Origin: Takakia lepidozioides | Taxonomy: Eukaryota > Plantae > Bryophyta | Assembly (NCBI GenBank): GCA_030704615.1 | Contig: CM060733.1 | Coordinates: 65,844,001 to 65,908,000, forward strand | DNA: 64,000 nt | Direction of reading: 5' to 3' | Part shown: positions 39,502 to 52,900 of the stretch, one piece after another | Position numbering within the stretch: the stretch's first letter is position 1 | How the letters are laid out: each line of letters begins with the position of its first letter | Position numbers and translations under genes: made by a program | Notes under the pieces: model-generated | The model's database searches: none | What the model was told of the DNA's origin: nothing | Seen by the model: the letters and a program-made list of their open reading frames with translations, nothing else

Positions 39502-41236
39502 TTAGGACTCTTCTCTTCTTTGTTCTTTCTGGTATGGCCATCCTCTCCTCGTGCTCGTTTCTTGTTCCTCTAGTTCGTCGTCTTCCACTATTGTGGGTAG
39601 CAGTGCGAATGGTTCCAGCCTAGCTTGTTCGGACTGGACCAACCCCACCATCTCCTTCCTTAACTTCTTCTCTTCCTCCCAGTGAGCTCTCTTCATATGG
39701 GATGGTCGCAGCTCTTGCGGCTCCTCTTCTAGTACACCCTTCCCTTTTTGCTTTTGGCTGCGGGTTAGTGCGCACGCTTCCATTCCTTCCGGAGCTGCCA
39801 TGTTGATTCCCGTGTCCGTCTGAGCATTATGGTCATGTACTGGCTTCTGCCGTATCGGGCAGTCTCGTACGAAGTGCCCATCTTCCCCACAGAGAAAACA
39901 TGTTACTAGGGCCATTGGGCCCGCCGGGATTACCTTGTCCTCTGCCCCTACCTCATTCACCTCCTCGGTAATACCCATCGTTTGGCCCATAAGGGAAGAT
40001 GATAATTACCACATTGACAACCCCGCTTTAAGCTGATTTGAAATGCGGTGCCGAATTCGAATTCTGATCGTTCTCCACTGTGTTTGCAGACGAAGCAGTT
40101 CGATGCATACTACTTTGTGAAGGAGAACTCGATCTTTGCTTTCCGGAAGGATGGATTGTTGGTTGACCCGAACTGCGACCCCATCGATTACGACGTCCTG
40201 TTCAACAACGTTCCCATGGAACGCGGCGCCGCATTTCCAAGTAACGTCGTAGGTACTGGTAGTTGCGGCCTTCGTCATAGTAAGATAGTCGCACCAAGTA
40301 TTTAGGGCGCTGACCGTCGCCAACACCGAACCCCTCAAAAATCTCGCACGTGCGAGCCGTAATGCAGCACCGCATTTCTCGCAAACCTTTCCCGCCGAAT
40401 GTAGAAAGAAGAAAGAATTTTGAAGCACTGTAGACTCTTTTGTTGCATGGGGATCATACAATCGCGGCAGAAGAGTCAGCTTCATTCCAATGTTAGGGCA
40501 TATAAAACCGCGTAATACTCTATACAGGCCAGTATGCGGCGTCCTTTTGCTGTGGTATATTGGATTTCTCGTTGCACGGTCACTCATTTCCATGAGCAGA
40601 TCTAAAAAACCATAAGCGGAATTATTACTGACGACATATCTTCGCCGCATTACAGGATCTGGAACTTCCAAAAACAACAACGTCAAATAAAAAACCATTA
40701 TTTTAATACTTTTTTAATCTGTCGCATTTCCAAATTTGGAGGAGTCTGCTCATGAAAACCGCGTGCCTTAGACTTCGGCTCACCGCTCATGCGTCTCATG
40801 CGGCTCATGGCTCATGTTCTGCTCATGAAATAGTAAAGCTCTTTTAATGGGCACAATAATACCATTTGTCCTTTTCCGTGTATCTGACTTATAACAAGTC
40901 TTTGGGTATCCAGTACTCTACTTCCTCTATGATCATATGACAATATTCATAATTTGAACAGCCTTCCTTGAAGACATAACTAGTGTAGCATACTTTTCTG
41001 ATTGGTAACAGAGTAATCAATAAAGCCAACCGAGAAAGCCAAACCTCACTTCTACTCCTATTTTCCCAAGGTGCTCGTGCAATATTGATCACTCCTCCCT
41101 TCGATCCCCATTTATCATCTTCTTTGGCAATTGAAAGAAAGATCTTCTGTTGTATTGCTATTGGTAAACCATGAAACTTTTCTAGGAATGCTTTCCATTC
41201 CTTGCTTCCGCTGATTCGTTCTCCCTGACTAGCCAT
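39502..41236 (-). mobile_element. LTR retrotransposon gag remnant, interrupted by an unrelated segment at ~40010-40860
   Basis: Zinc knuckle CFLCGEDGHFVRDCP and ALTRSQ; PBS-like TTTGGCGACCA immediately after the LTR end at 41294 on the minus strand. Confidence 0.65.
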
Positions 41237-41293
41237 CCTTCCTTGAGTTCACTGGAACTCAACATACCGTTAGTCCCTGGTATGGTCGCCAAA

Positions 41294-42157
41294 TGTTAAC
41301 CGCTGGTTCGTGACTTAAGCGAAATGGGACAGTGCAGCCCATTTCCCCAAGGCACTTGACAGAGGTTGTCCGACGGTGTGTCTGTAGAACGATCACAGGG
41401 TAATCGTTAATGACCGTGGAAACACTACTGTTCCGTGAATCAACATCCCTGCAGCTACTGCTTAGGTCCTTGGACTGATTATAGCCTACATCCCACTAAT
41501 CAGTAATGCTAGGAAAGTTTAGGCGAAGCTATATTGCTATAGTTGTGACTAAGTCCTATCTAAGCATACAGCAAGGCAGTACATTATGTGTTATTACAGA
41601 CAAGATCTATTCAGAGATGATACACATTCTCACTATCTCACGTTCTCTCATCATGAACATTCTCACTATCTCACATTCTCTCTACACATAAGTACTTGGA
41701 AAAGCATTGCTTTACTTCAGAGTCATCACGTCATAGCACAAATACACATTGGATCACCCTGATCACACACTGATACACTCATGCCTTCCTAAGTTGCGTG
41801 CAGTCCTTTTATACTATACTCGAAAGAGTCGTTTACAGCCTGCGGTCGTTAATGACCGTTGCCTAACTGCCTACGCAACCTAAAAGGTTTGCCAAAAAAA
41901 TGGCCCGTGGTAGTGGCTCGTGGTAGTGGCTCATGGTCGTGTGTCATAGTGGCACACGGTTCACGGCCACTCATTACTTACTAGTAAGCCTACGTTTCCC
42001 TGCTTGACCGTGACCGTGTAATATCGTGGTTCACGGCCCACGGCTGCTACACTACCCACTACTGCCCTACGTGGTAGTGTTGCCCGTCTTCTCCTACTGC
42101 TAAGTGCCGAGCACTTAGCTGTTCCTGCCTCCTGGCCGGGCAGTGTGAAGTTGATCA
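41294..42157 (-). repeat. Probable LTR (TGATC...TTAACA on the minus strand)
   Basis: TG...CA ends; followed by PBS-like tttggcgacc and preceded by purine-rich ggcgggtag; no second copy in the window. Confidence 0.45.
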
Positions 42158-42559
42158 CTACCCGCCATTGTCCTGTCGTGGCTTAGCTGCCCTGCCCTCG
42201 TGGCACTGGCACTTAGCCGTTATCAGAGCATGCCACGAAGCCGCCCTTAGCAACGAACCAACTGGGGGAACGAGCACGGAGAAGATCACGAAGCCACCCC
42301 TAGCCACGAAGGGAGAAATAACTACGAGGGAGAAATTGGCATCAAAGCCACTAAGGGGAGACAAAATAGAGCAGGCAAGAAAGCCACCCCTGTCAACAAT
42401 GAAAGGATCGGCCACGACGGCGAACGGGAAAATGAGAGAGGAGCAGGCCACGACACCGCTCTAGGAAACGAGGGGATAATTGGCCAGGAGGCCAACCCAA
42501 AGATTGGAGGAGAAACATGAGGCCAAAGCGCCACGACGGTCGGAAAGGGGTTGACGATA

Positions 42560-43545
42560 ACCACCTTAAACAAAGGAGCTGGAACAGGAGGCAACATGAC
42601 GATGCAACCAGGGGGAGCACAGCGACAGACCGCCAAGATGACCATGGTGAAGTATAAGGAGGGGGACGACCCCGACTCACACGTGAGGCTGTTCGATGCC
42701 ATCTGTGAGGCAAATGGAGATAGAACGAAGCAGACAAAGCTCACCTTCCCTGTTCGTTGCGAGGGGGGCAGTTTGATTGGTGGACACGATTCCATGAAGA
42801 ACAGCCCAACGCGACATGTGGACGGATGGGGGCAGTATTTGGGAGAGATTCTGGGTCATCAAGAATGACGATAATATATACCGGATGATGCGCCACATCA
42901 AGCAGAAAAAAATAAAAAATAAAAAAATGCTGACAATTATTATGAACGCATGCAGAAACTCAACAGCGCTTTACCACCACCACGCGCTCAGGATTTGTGC
43001 TTACGGGATTGCTTTCATACGGGGCTACGGAAGATGTTCCGGGATCGTATTTCCGGGATGCCTAGAGACAGGTTGGAAAGGGCATTTCAATCGGCACAAG
43101 CGGTGGAGGAGGACTGTGACGCAGAGACGCGCATGAGAAAGAAGAAGGGGAAGGTTTCCAGTGAGGATAGTGACTCGACATCATCTAAGTCTAGTACGGA
43201 TTTGGAGATCGAACTTCAGAAGGGGAGGAAGGATAAAAAAGGGAAGAAGAAGATAATTGAGGAGACAACACCTATGAGGAGGGACGCATACTGCACGACT
43301 TGCAAATTTTTGGCCACACCGCATTGGAGTGCGCGTTGGCAAAGATTTACTGTAGCATCTGCAATATAACCAGTCATAACACTGAGGAGTGTCGTTTTAA
43401 TCTTCGGAATCAGAGAAATGTCCGAGCGGGGCAAGTGAATGCTATAAGCGGAGGAGGAAGCCACCCAGGACGTCCGCCAAGAAGGACAGGGCTATGGACA
43501 AGCCTACGGGCAGGGATATGGTCAAGGCTACGGCCAAGGCCCAAT
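42560..43545 (+). mobile_element. Retrotransposon gag remnant (capsid region plus two zinc knuckles)
   Basis: KYKEGDDPDSHVRLFDAICEANG; YCTTC..GHTALEC and YCSICNITSHNTEEC; GYGQ repeats at the end; frameshifts. Confidence 0.75.
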
Positions 43546-43985
43546 GTGTTGATGCACGTCCACCTCTTCTCCAGAATTGGGACGGCACTCTTGCGGGTCC
43601 ACTTCGCAATTCCTGCCTCTGTGTTCTTGCCTCTGCTGGCTAGGACAACCACACACCCTCTGTCGTCCAACACCATGCAGGCCAGCCCGAATCCTTTTTC
43701 CCAAAAGTCCTCAGAGTACCTGTTCCAAGACGGCACAACATGCAGTCCTTCCACAGGCTCTCCATCCGAAATATCCAAGATGATCATATCGCAAGACCAC
43801 TCAGTCTGTTTTCCACTCCTCCTGCAATCCTTCCCTGCACACACCCTCTCAAAGAACGAGACCATCTTTAGAAACCCAGGGGTGTCGGAAGGCTCTTCTG
43901 CAGCCGCCTTCTTCAATGCTTTGCCTTTCAGCCCCTCCATGGACTTGATGTATGTCATCCAAAGGTCACCCTCAGCCAGGCCCAA
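43545..43985 (-). other. Truncated ORF with a weak amino-methyltransferase-like pattern
   Basis: CDMIILDISDG....SWN..SEDFWEKGFGLACMVLDDRGCVVVL resembles DLI.TDPPY....W...e..rvLkp.G.i but lacks DPPY. Confidence 0.3.
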
Positions 43986-44749
43986 ATCAGTTCAGCTATC
44001 TGTTGCTGAATCTATCGTCATGGAGAAGGTGTTATCTCCTGGTGCAACGGAGAGTTGGAAGCTATCTCACTACAACAAATTGCGGCTTTTACGTCTCTGT
44101 GTTATGACTGCAAATGCAGTCATGGAAGCCATTTACGACTTCCTGACTCTGCAGACGTAAAGACCTAGTCAGTTGTGACATGGCAGATATGACTCTCCAG
44201 GCTGGCTGTCACGTGGCGCCAGAGCAGCTGTGGGGGTAGTCATACACACTGGCATTACTGAATGACTGAACGGGTCCATGTCAACCGCTGTGTAATAGAG
44301 ACACGTGCTCTCTACAGAACACGCCACGTGTCAGACTGCGACGCCATCCGACTGTAGAGGAGGGAATCAGACATCAGCATGTGTCGCATCGTGATTTTGA
44401 CACGTGGTTCCTCATGTCAATTGACACGCGTCCCTGTTGGGGGTTGTAGATTTACTTTATTGTTATTATAATTACTAAAATAATTATTATAATTATTTGT
44501 TATTATAATTATTATTACTGACCAACATGGGACAGTGGCACATTATTAAATAACGAATTTTTGAAATTATATTCTTAGATAAAATATTTATTCGCTCAGA
44601 TACCAAGACACACCCTTGCGGGGAAGGAGAGTTTGCCTTAGTGCCTGTGCTGAATTGCATCTGCTACTGTTACCTGTTTATGGATACTTTTTTATTGTCA
44701 CTTTGGCAGTATCATATCAAAGTCACTCCAAACTATCTACCATCTACCC

Positions 44750-47700
44750 ATGACCATCTACCCATGCAGGTTTCTTGTAGCTATCCTTCCACAGGGAATC
44801 ATAGGTAATCTGGAGCTTGAAATCCGGCTTTCTTGGATGATCTGGACCCACACTCTATCCCTGCTCCTTCAGCTATCCATGCCTCTGCATAGATCATGCA
44901 TATATCCTTGCATTGCTGTTAGCAGCTGACAATGACAGCCTACATTTGTTCCAGCAAACACCCAACTCAACTTACCACACTAGTTCCTATTCTCAATTGC
45001 ATCTGTTACTCTCTGTAATCCAACAGGCATTTACCTTTTTGCCTCGGTTGTCCCACCATTGACTGGGGTCAGAAAAGTATTCATTCCACAGCTTCCCCTC
45101 ATCTCCGTTAACTGTTTTTCGATACTTTCCTGTTGTCACATTGGCAATATCATGTCAAAGTCACTCCAAACTAGATTCACTCGACCAGCTAACTTGCAGA
45201 CATTGAAATTTAGGGCCGGTTCTGATAAGAGGGAAAAACAGGGTGAAATGTGTTGAAGAAGGTGCCTTTATTAGCAGTGCTTGATTTTTATCAATTGTGC
45301 CGCTACTCCTGCGGCTTCCAGTTCACCATCTACCCATGCAGGTTTCTTATAGCTAAATCCACAGGTAATCATAGGTAATCATGTGCTTGAAATCTGGCCC
45401 TCTTGGATGAATCTGGACCCATACTCTATCCCTGCTCTTTCAGCTATCACTGCTTCTGCACAAATCATGCATACTTCCTTGCCTTGCAGCTGATAATGAC
45501 AGCCTACATTTGTTCTAGGAAACACCCAACTCAGCTTATCACACTAGTTCCTATGTTGAATTGCGTCTGCCCTCTATAATCTAACAGGCATTAACCTTTT
45601 TCCCTCGGTTGTCCCACCATTCCACAACTTCTCCTCGTCTCTGTGACCTGTTTCTGGATACTTTCCTGTTGTCACATTGGCATCATGTCAAAGTTCAGAT
45701 CGACATCTAGTACAATTCCACCACGAACCTCTTTGCTATTTTGCAGGGCTGCCAGGCTTGCACACATGTTGCAAATGTAACAAACGCGATGTGGTTGCGC
45801 TGCAGTATCCCTTCCCACACCACTTGCTCATAGACCTCTCCAAAGGGCCTCCATCCCGTGCCGCTGTTGTGCATATCCTGGGATCATCATCCTCCATGCA
45901 CCCCAATTTGGCATACAAGTCCACAAGGGCATAGTTCAGAACAACATTTGTTTAATTCCAGCTTGGACGATCAACATCACAAACCCCGTCTTCACTCATT
46001 GCCTACTCTAGGTAAGTGCAATTATGTGCTAGGCTAGTACCACATCTCATTCAGCCATATTATCAAAACATCTTGTAGTTGCACCCTGCAACCTTGGCAT
46101 ACATGTCCACTACGGCAACGTTCAGAATCACATCAAATACAATACCAGCTTTGACAATATCACCGTGGACCTCTGTACCCTTTTTCAGGGCTGCCAGGCG
46201 TGCATTTGACATACATATCCACCAAGGCAGTGTTTAGAGTGACATCTAGTGGTACAATTCCAGATTTGATAATGGACCTTTGCGTCCTTTCCAGGGCTAC
46301 CAGGCTCGCATTTGACATACATGTACACCAGGGGAATGTTCAGAATGACATCAGGTACAATTCCAGCTTTGATGATGTCACCATGAACCTCTTGGCCCCT
46401 TCCCAGGGCTGCTAGGCTCGCATATGCATATTAACAAACACAAATGAACATGACCTGGTTTGGCTTCATCCTTTCCCACATCATTTGTTCTTAGGTTTCC
46501 AAAGCCTTACTCCCACACCTATGCTACACACACCTTACAATCATGGCAGTCCACAACACCACATCTCATTTAGCCATGTTGTCGAACTCTCCCTTTGCAT
46601 CAAGCTTGCTGCACCCACATTTGGCATACATGTCCACTAGGGCAGTGGTCAAAATGACAACTAGTACAGTTTCAGCTTTGACGATGGCACATGGCCAAGA
46701 GATATCCCAATATCCCGCTACCAATGGGTTCAATGCATACTCTTGTCACATTGGCAGTATCATGTCAAAGTCACTCCAACAAGATTCACTCAACCAGCTA
46801 ACTTGCAGAATTGAACATGAAAATTTAGGGCCGATTCTGATAAGAGGGGAAAATAGGGTGAAATGTGTTTCAGAAGGTGCCTTCATTAGCAGTGCTTGAT
46901 TGTATCAATTGTGCTGCTGCTGCTGCGGCTTCCAATTGACCATCTACCCATGCAGGTTTCTTGTATCTATCCTTCCACAGGGAATCATAGATAATCTGGA
47001 GCTTGAAATCTGGCCCTCTTCCACACTCTATCCCTGCTCCTTCAGCTATCTATGCCTCTGCACAAAATCATGCATACAACAATCATTCCAGCAAACACCC
47101 CCAACCCTACTTATCAATGAGCAACGAGCTAACTTACATAATTCAATATGCATCTCAAGGCCGAGTCTGATGAGAGGGCAAAACAGGCTGAAGTAGGTCG
47201 AAGAAGAACCCATAGAGGATTTGACCGACCATCAACCCAAAAGGACCTCTTGTGTGTGCTGCTTGTGTCTTGTAGTCATGTAATGTCGGATTGGTCTGTG
47301 AGAACCAGCACGGTGCAGATGAGCAGGCAGAGATTGAAACACGGCCTGCTAAGACCAAGCTGACTCTCCCAAGAACCTTGAAACATCAGGAAGAATACCA
47401 AATCATGGTACTAACAGGAGCCAACAGCCCACATTTGCAGGATGGACAAACTTCTTCACATCGTACATTAAGGAAAAGCCACACCTTGCCATTGCGGTTG
47501 TCGCACCATCGTGAAGGATCTTTAAAAATCTCATGCCAACTCTGCTCCGTGCTGCAAATGAAGGGCCGAGTCTGATGAGAGGGCAAAACAGGCTGAAATA
47601 GGTCGAAGAAGAAGGTGCCCTCACCACATTGTCCTCGACCTTGTGTCATGGCCCATGGAGGATTTGACTGACCATGAACCCAAGAGGACCTCTTCAGTGT

Positions 47701-48167
47701 GCTGCTTGTTTCTGTAGTCAGGTAATGTCGGATTGGTCAGTGAGAACCACCACGGTGCAGCTGAGTGGGCAGAGATTGAAACACGGTTTGCTAAGACCAA
47801 GCTAACTCTCCCAAGAACCTTGTAAACATCAGGAAGAATACCAAATCATGGTACTAACAGGAGCCAACAACCCACATTTGCAGGATGGACAAACTTCTTC
47901 ACATCGTACATTAAGAAAAAGCCACACCTTGCGATTGCGGTTGTCCCACCATCGTGAAGGATCTTTTAGAAACTCATGCCAGCTCTGCTCCGTGCTGTAA
48001 AATCAGGGCCGAGCGGGTAGAGATTGAAACACGGCCTGCTAAGACGAAGCTGACTCTCCTAAAACGGCGGGCTCCCAGCCGAAACCTCCTCGCACACATA
48101 CCGTAGCGTTTCTAGGGTTGCTTGCTCCAAATGCGAAGGTTGATCCAACTGCGGGCCTCCCATGCAT
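44750..48167 (-). pseudogene. Transit-peptide-like exon / PDF-motif cassettes / PLS-PPR fragment mosaic
   Basis: Exon 48167-47928 ends STEQSWHEFLKDPSRWWDNRNRK|GT; ~400-440-bp tandem units at 47150-48060; PDFK exon near 47020; PPR fragments 46690-45730 (LVDMYAKCGCS, MDLYAKLGCMED); WWDNR donors at ~45596 and 45035; PDFK exons starting at 45412 and 44841. Confidence 0.82.
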
Positions 48168-48974
48168 GTTTGCCCTCTCTCCCGCTCGCTCGCTCTAAGT
48201 CCCAACCCTCTCTCTCTCTCCCTCCCGCTCGCTCTAAGTCTGTTCACGCTACCGTGATGGGCAACTTTTTAAGTTTTTTAACCTTTTTGTAAACCCTAAA
48301 AGCCCATCTTTGATTTTTTTTCTTTTTTTTCTTTTCTTAAAGGAAACCACAGGTCCTTGAGGAGGGGGGAAAATTCACCCGCCTTCATTTATGGGCCATA
48401 AGACGTACAGGACGATCAACGCCCAGACATACTGTCACGAACAATCCCACACACGGGATAAGGCAGCGGGTTTGAACCCCAAACCACCAGGGCGACACAC
48501 TGTGCACTTACTAGCCGATGTTTTTTTTTTTTTTTAATTGCATTTTGTTTTAAAAAAATTGATTCTAGTGGTCAGAGTCTCCGTTTTTTCAAAATATAAA
48601 TACTCATATATTATATATATAACCAGAAAAGCATGTGTTGACATGTGCAGTCATGTAGTGATTCATCCATGTGATGATCTGGCAGAATGCATTAGAGTGA
48701 GAGTCATGAAGTCATATGTCTTTCTAGCAATATACACACGTCATTCTAGTGTAGCCATGACCGTGACTGGTAGTCATATCTACCATGCCAATATTCGTGG
48801 TCAAACATGTTTGACCTGTGTTCCGCAGAGTCCGGAGCCATGCAGTCGCATATACGCCTTCCCCAGACCTGCATTATGACTTCAAAAGCATTTTACGACT
48901 GCAAATGGCATTTCTGCCACAAATCTGTCATGACTGCGCACCCATGGGAGTCGTAAAAGCCGCAATCTGTTGTA

Positions 48975-51900
48975 GTGTCTGATGAGCAATTCGAGGAGCT
49001 CATGGAAGAAGTGGGTGCAGTGAGCAGATGTGGTGTTCGTTACGAGACACATAAGACAAAAGCGGCAATGGGGATTGGGAGCGATGTGGAAGCGTTCATG
49101 ACAATGAAAAGTTGGAGCGGGTACGACTATATCCAGGGGAGCCATTTTCCAGGTCAAGGGAGTGTGGACGAGAGATGCTTTGTCTTCAAGATGTCAACTG
49201 TTGGTAAAGGTTGTGGAGTCCATTTGGTGGACATGATGTGGGTCGGTGGTGAGCTGGGGTCGAGTTGGATTATGTTCGACAACGTCAAACAAATACACGG
49301 TTGGAGCACAATGGCGTGTCACATGTACCATTCGAATTACCGCAAGATTATGACAATCGCAATCTGTGAAATGAAATCGGAGGATACAACATCACAAGTG
49401 ATTATGTGGAAGTGCATCAACGATCAGATGCGAAGAGCACGGAAGGGCCAACCACAATTCCGATGATTCATGGCTGACAATGCAAATGCCAACTAGGCTG
49501 CTGTGTGTATGGTGTATGGCGGAGGGGAACCTATGCCCGATCGAGAAAGGACATGTGGCTTCCATTGGGGCCAGAGCCTGGACAAATGGACGAAAAAATA
49601 TATATTGCAGGACCTTCAAAAAGCACATATACAGTTGTGTACGAAATGGAGAGCAACAAGTTCTGAGGCGGAAGCAGAGGTTTCGTTTGTGGCGATTCGT
49701 GCCTGGTGGTCCTCCTCCAGTGCCGTGCGAGACGTTGACGTTCCTGCACTGGAAAGCTGGCTTTCGTGGTGGACATACCGATACTACCAATTGGGAGCAT
49801 ATGTTTGCAATGTAAGTCTTCGGTTTCTACAAACACTGTATATGCACTTCTGTGATGTCGCTCACGTGAGCGAACCTAATGTCTTAGTCGGCACCGACCA
49901 GAGCCTTACATCTCTGGAACGTGATGCATTCGTTAGGCTATATTTCTACCAAGTGCGTTACGCGCATGATCCTCCGCTCACATGAGCATGTCATAAGTTT
50001 AAGTAGAACGGTTTCCACTCGACGCTTTTATACATTGCCGAATATGCAGAACTGACATGATATGAAGTTAAACCATAGAGTCTGCAACGACTATTGCACC
50101 CGCCATCCGTACATGCTCCTTTTACTGCATAACATTTGCACCCACAGGGTACTAGTACCGTATAGTCTACAACGACTATATGGGATTGATATATTTTCAC
50201 ACACAAGTAATTCCATACGTGTTATATTGGTTTGGTCACATGTGAGGATAAATGAATAAGGGGTATAGTCGGTAACGACTATGCCACCGGGAACGTAAAG
50301 CGGTTCATGCAGTTGGCCTGTACTAATAGTTTGTAGCGACTATGGCTTGGTTGTTCAATGTTTCAGGGTCGGTTACTGAAACATGGGTGTCTTTTTATGA
50401 GACTGCTCATATAGTCGGCAACGACTATCTACGGGACGTACACGCAGTACACTATTTACTGAACGTGTCGTTATAGTCTGTACCGACTACGTTCCTACCG
50501 TCTGCTTGTTAGATAATATGCGATTTGTCTCTGTTTTTAGTACAAAGCCTGCTGATTATGATGTTATCGTATAGTCTGTATTATGTAAATGGTCCAGCAC
50601 TGTCTATGGTGCCTATAGTCTACACCGACTTTAGCGTTACCGGCGGAATGTTGTCGGATGTCGGATCCTGTCGGGCTTGTAGTCGGCGATGACTATGCGG
50701 TTATGTCCTACAAATTGGTCCTCCACTGACTGTGCTGTTTAATAGTCTACACCGACTATGCTTCAATGCTAACTTGTACATGTGTACTGCAGGATCTGGA
50801 GCTAGAAGAGAACGCTGCAATGCCAAATGTGAACATGTCCGAGGCCGTGCATGCAAGCTGGCAGGCCGAGAGCGGTGTATCGAAGGTCGACCTCTATACA
50901 GCCACCAGGAACGACTTGACGAGGGCAATTATGCAATCGTGTGACTACCACAGTTATCTGAAGGGTGGAGCAAAGGGTTCCGGACCCGACCGGGCACAAC
51001 TGCTAGCACGTGCTGCATCGCGATTGTCTGATCCAGCTAAAATGGCAGAAGCGGTCAGGTCTTTCGTAGATGACACTGAGCTTCATGGACGAAATCCAGG
51101 GCTCAAGGGTGCTCTCCTAACTCGCACAACAAAACGGAAGATTGTTCTCGGCAACTTACAGGAAGAGGAACCCGTTCACTCCTGGAGGTCTGACTTAAAC
51201 CTCCAAACGACACCGAGGCATCGTGAAGGTGCTGGTGGACCAAGAGTGTCCACATGCACTACTGACATGTCCGTGGAGAATTTGGAGGATGATCTTCCAG
51301 TTCAGAACAAAAAGCCAGTTTTGGAGTCGGCTGTGTTCACGACATGCTGGCACATAGCACGAACTTCTAACACATCACGGGTGAAGTGCTGGGCAGTGCG
51401 CTCTGATAGTGGGAAGCCATGCAAACAAGAAATCAGGCCACTCCAGAGTTTGGGTGTTCCGGCTCCGAGGTTTGTTGGTCGGCACCACCCTCCTGCCCTG
51501 GTGAAGCCGAAGATGATGGAGATTTGGCACTGCCCAACAGACATCGTCTACTGTGTCGGTGGCAATTCTAGCCAGTATGTGCTGGACAGACCTGATATTC
51601 CGGACATTTGGCGTGTGATGGTTGGGACGAACCTAAGTCAGGCAGAGGTTAACTCTTTCACAAAAGCAGGCTTTCGACTTGTTCCCCCAGATGACGTGGG
51701 TAATTCCCAAGGTGAATGGGACTGTGTTGCGGAAGATATCAATAATATGGATCCGGACTCGTACGCGACGAAAAGGTGGGACAGAGTATACCGGCGGAAG
51801 AAACGGTCAGCAATCGCTCGTAAGAAGATGGAGTTAGCTCAGTCTTTGCAGGTCACGGTGCAATCATTCAAGGATGTTCCACGCTCGGGAATTGGACGTG

Positions 51901-52154
51901 TGTACACACCGGGATCAATAAAAGTAGGGGAGGTGTACAATGTTTGCATCTCTAGAAGTCCGGAGTACACATGCCCTGATTTTGACAAAATGAAGAAATC
52001 AAAAGGACCCTACACCCACTGCAAGCACTTATTCTATATTATGCTGCGACGTTTGAAGATGCGGGAAGACCAGGAGGTCATCGATCACGCAACTCTGACA
52101 GTATTTGAAGTCAGGGGTATGTTAGTTCGTGATCCCTGTCCTTGGGTCTCATAG
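48975..52154 (+). mobile_element. Mutator-like (MULE) DDE transposase pseudogene with C-terminal SWIM finger, 5' truncated, one intron (49812-50792)
   Basis: WIMFD, FMADNA, CGFHW (CxxH), then after the phase-0 intron NVNMSEAVH (candidate catalytic E); SWIM YNVCISRSPEYTCPDF..HCKHLFY; in-frame stops near 49464 and 49495. Confidence 0.8.
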
Positions 52155-52310
52155 AGCCGCATTGGATATCCTGCATGTTTGGAATCATTGTAGTCTGTTC
52201 CGACTACAAAGTGCATGACAACTTGGATTATCTTGTGAACTTCAACTCTTTCCACGGATAAGGTCTTTTTTTAACAGGTTTGGAAACATGGGCATGCTGG
52301 GAATATTCAT

Positions 52311-52900
52311 AGTCTGTGCCGACTACAAAGTGTATGACCATTTGGATGAATTAGTTAACTCCAACTCTTTGCTCAGATGAGCTCATTTTTCAACTACCAC
52401 TTTTTTGCAATCAAATATGAGTCCATATCCATCTTCTTTCACTTAATTCTTGTAGTCTGTGCCGACTACAAAGTATAAGACCATTTGGATAAATTAATTA
52501 ACTCTAACTCTTTGCTCATATGAGCTCATTTTTCAACTACCACTTTTTTGCAATCAAATGTGAGTCCATATCCATCTTCTTTCACTTAATTCTTGCAGTC
52601 TGTGCCGACTACAAAGTGTATGACCATTTGGGTAATTAGTTAACTCCAACTCTTTGCTCAGATGAGCTCATTTTTCAACTACCACTTTTTTGCAATCAAA
52701 TGTGAGTCCATATTCATCTTCTTTCACTTAATTCTTGTAGTCTGTGCCGACTATAAAGTGTATGACCATTTGGATAAATTAGTTAACTCCAACTTTTTGC
52801 TCAGATGAGCTCATTTTTCAACTACCACTTTTTTGCAATCAAATGTGAGTCCATATCCATCTTCTTTCACTTAATTCTTGTAGTCTGTGCCGACTACAAG
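52311..52900. repeat. 143-bp tandem repeat, 4 near-identical units (plus a partial unit at ~52190)
   Basis: agtctgtgccgacta starts at 52311, 52454, 52597, 52739 and 52882. Confidence 0.95.

Noticed and set aside
40006-40698. 230-aa minus-strand ORF as a gene
   Set aside because: No recognisable motif; the plus strand has the more exon-like signal
43300-44160. 286-aa plus-strand ORF as a single gene
   Set aside because: Chimera of gag zinc knuckles and the antisense of an unrelated segment, joined at ~43545
44750-48167. Canonical OSB gene
   Set aside because: No SSB/OB-fold domain recognisable; PDF motifs are joined to a transit-peptide-like exon and to PPR repeats
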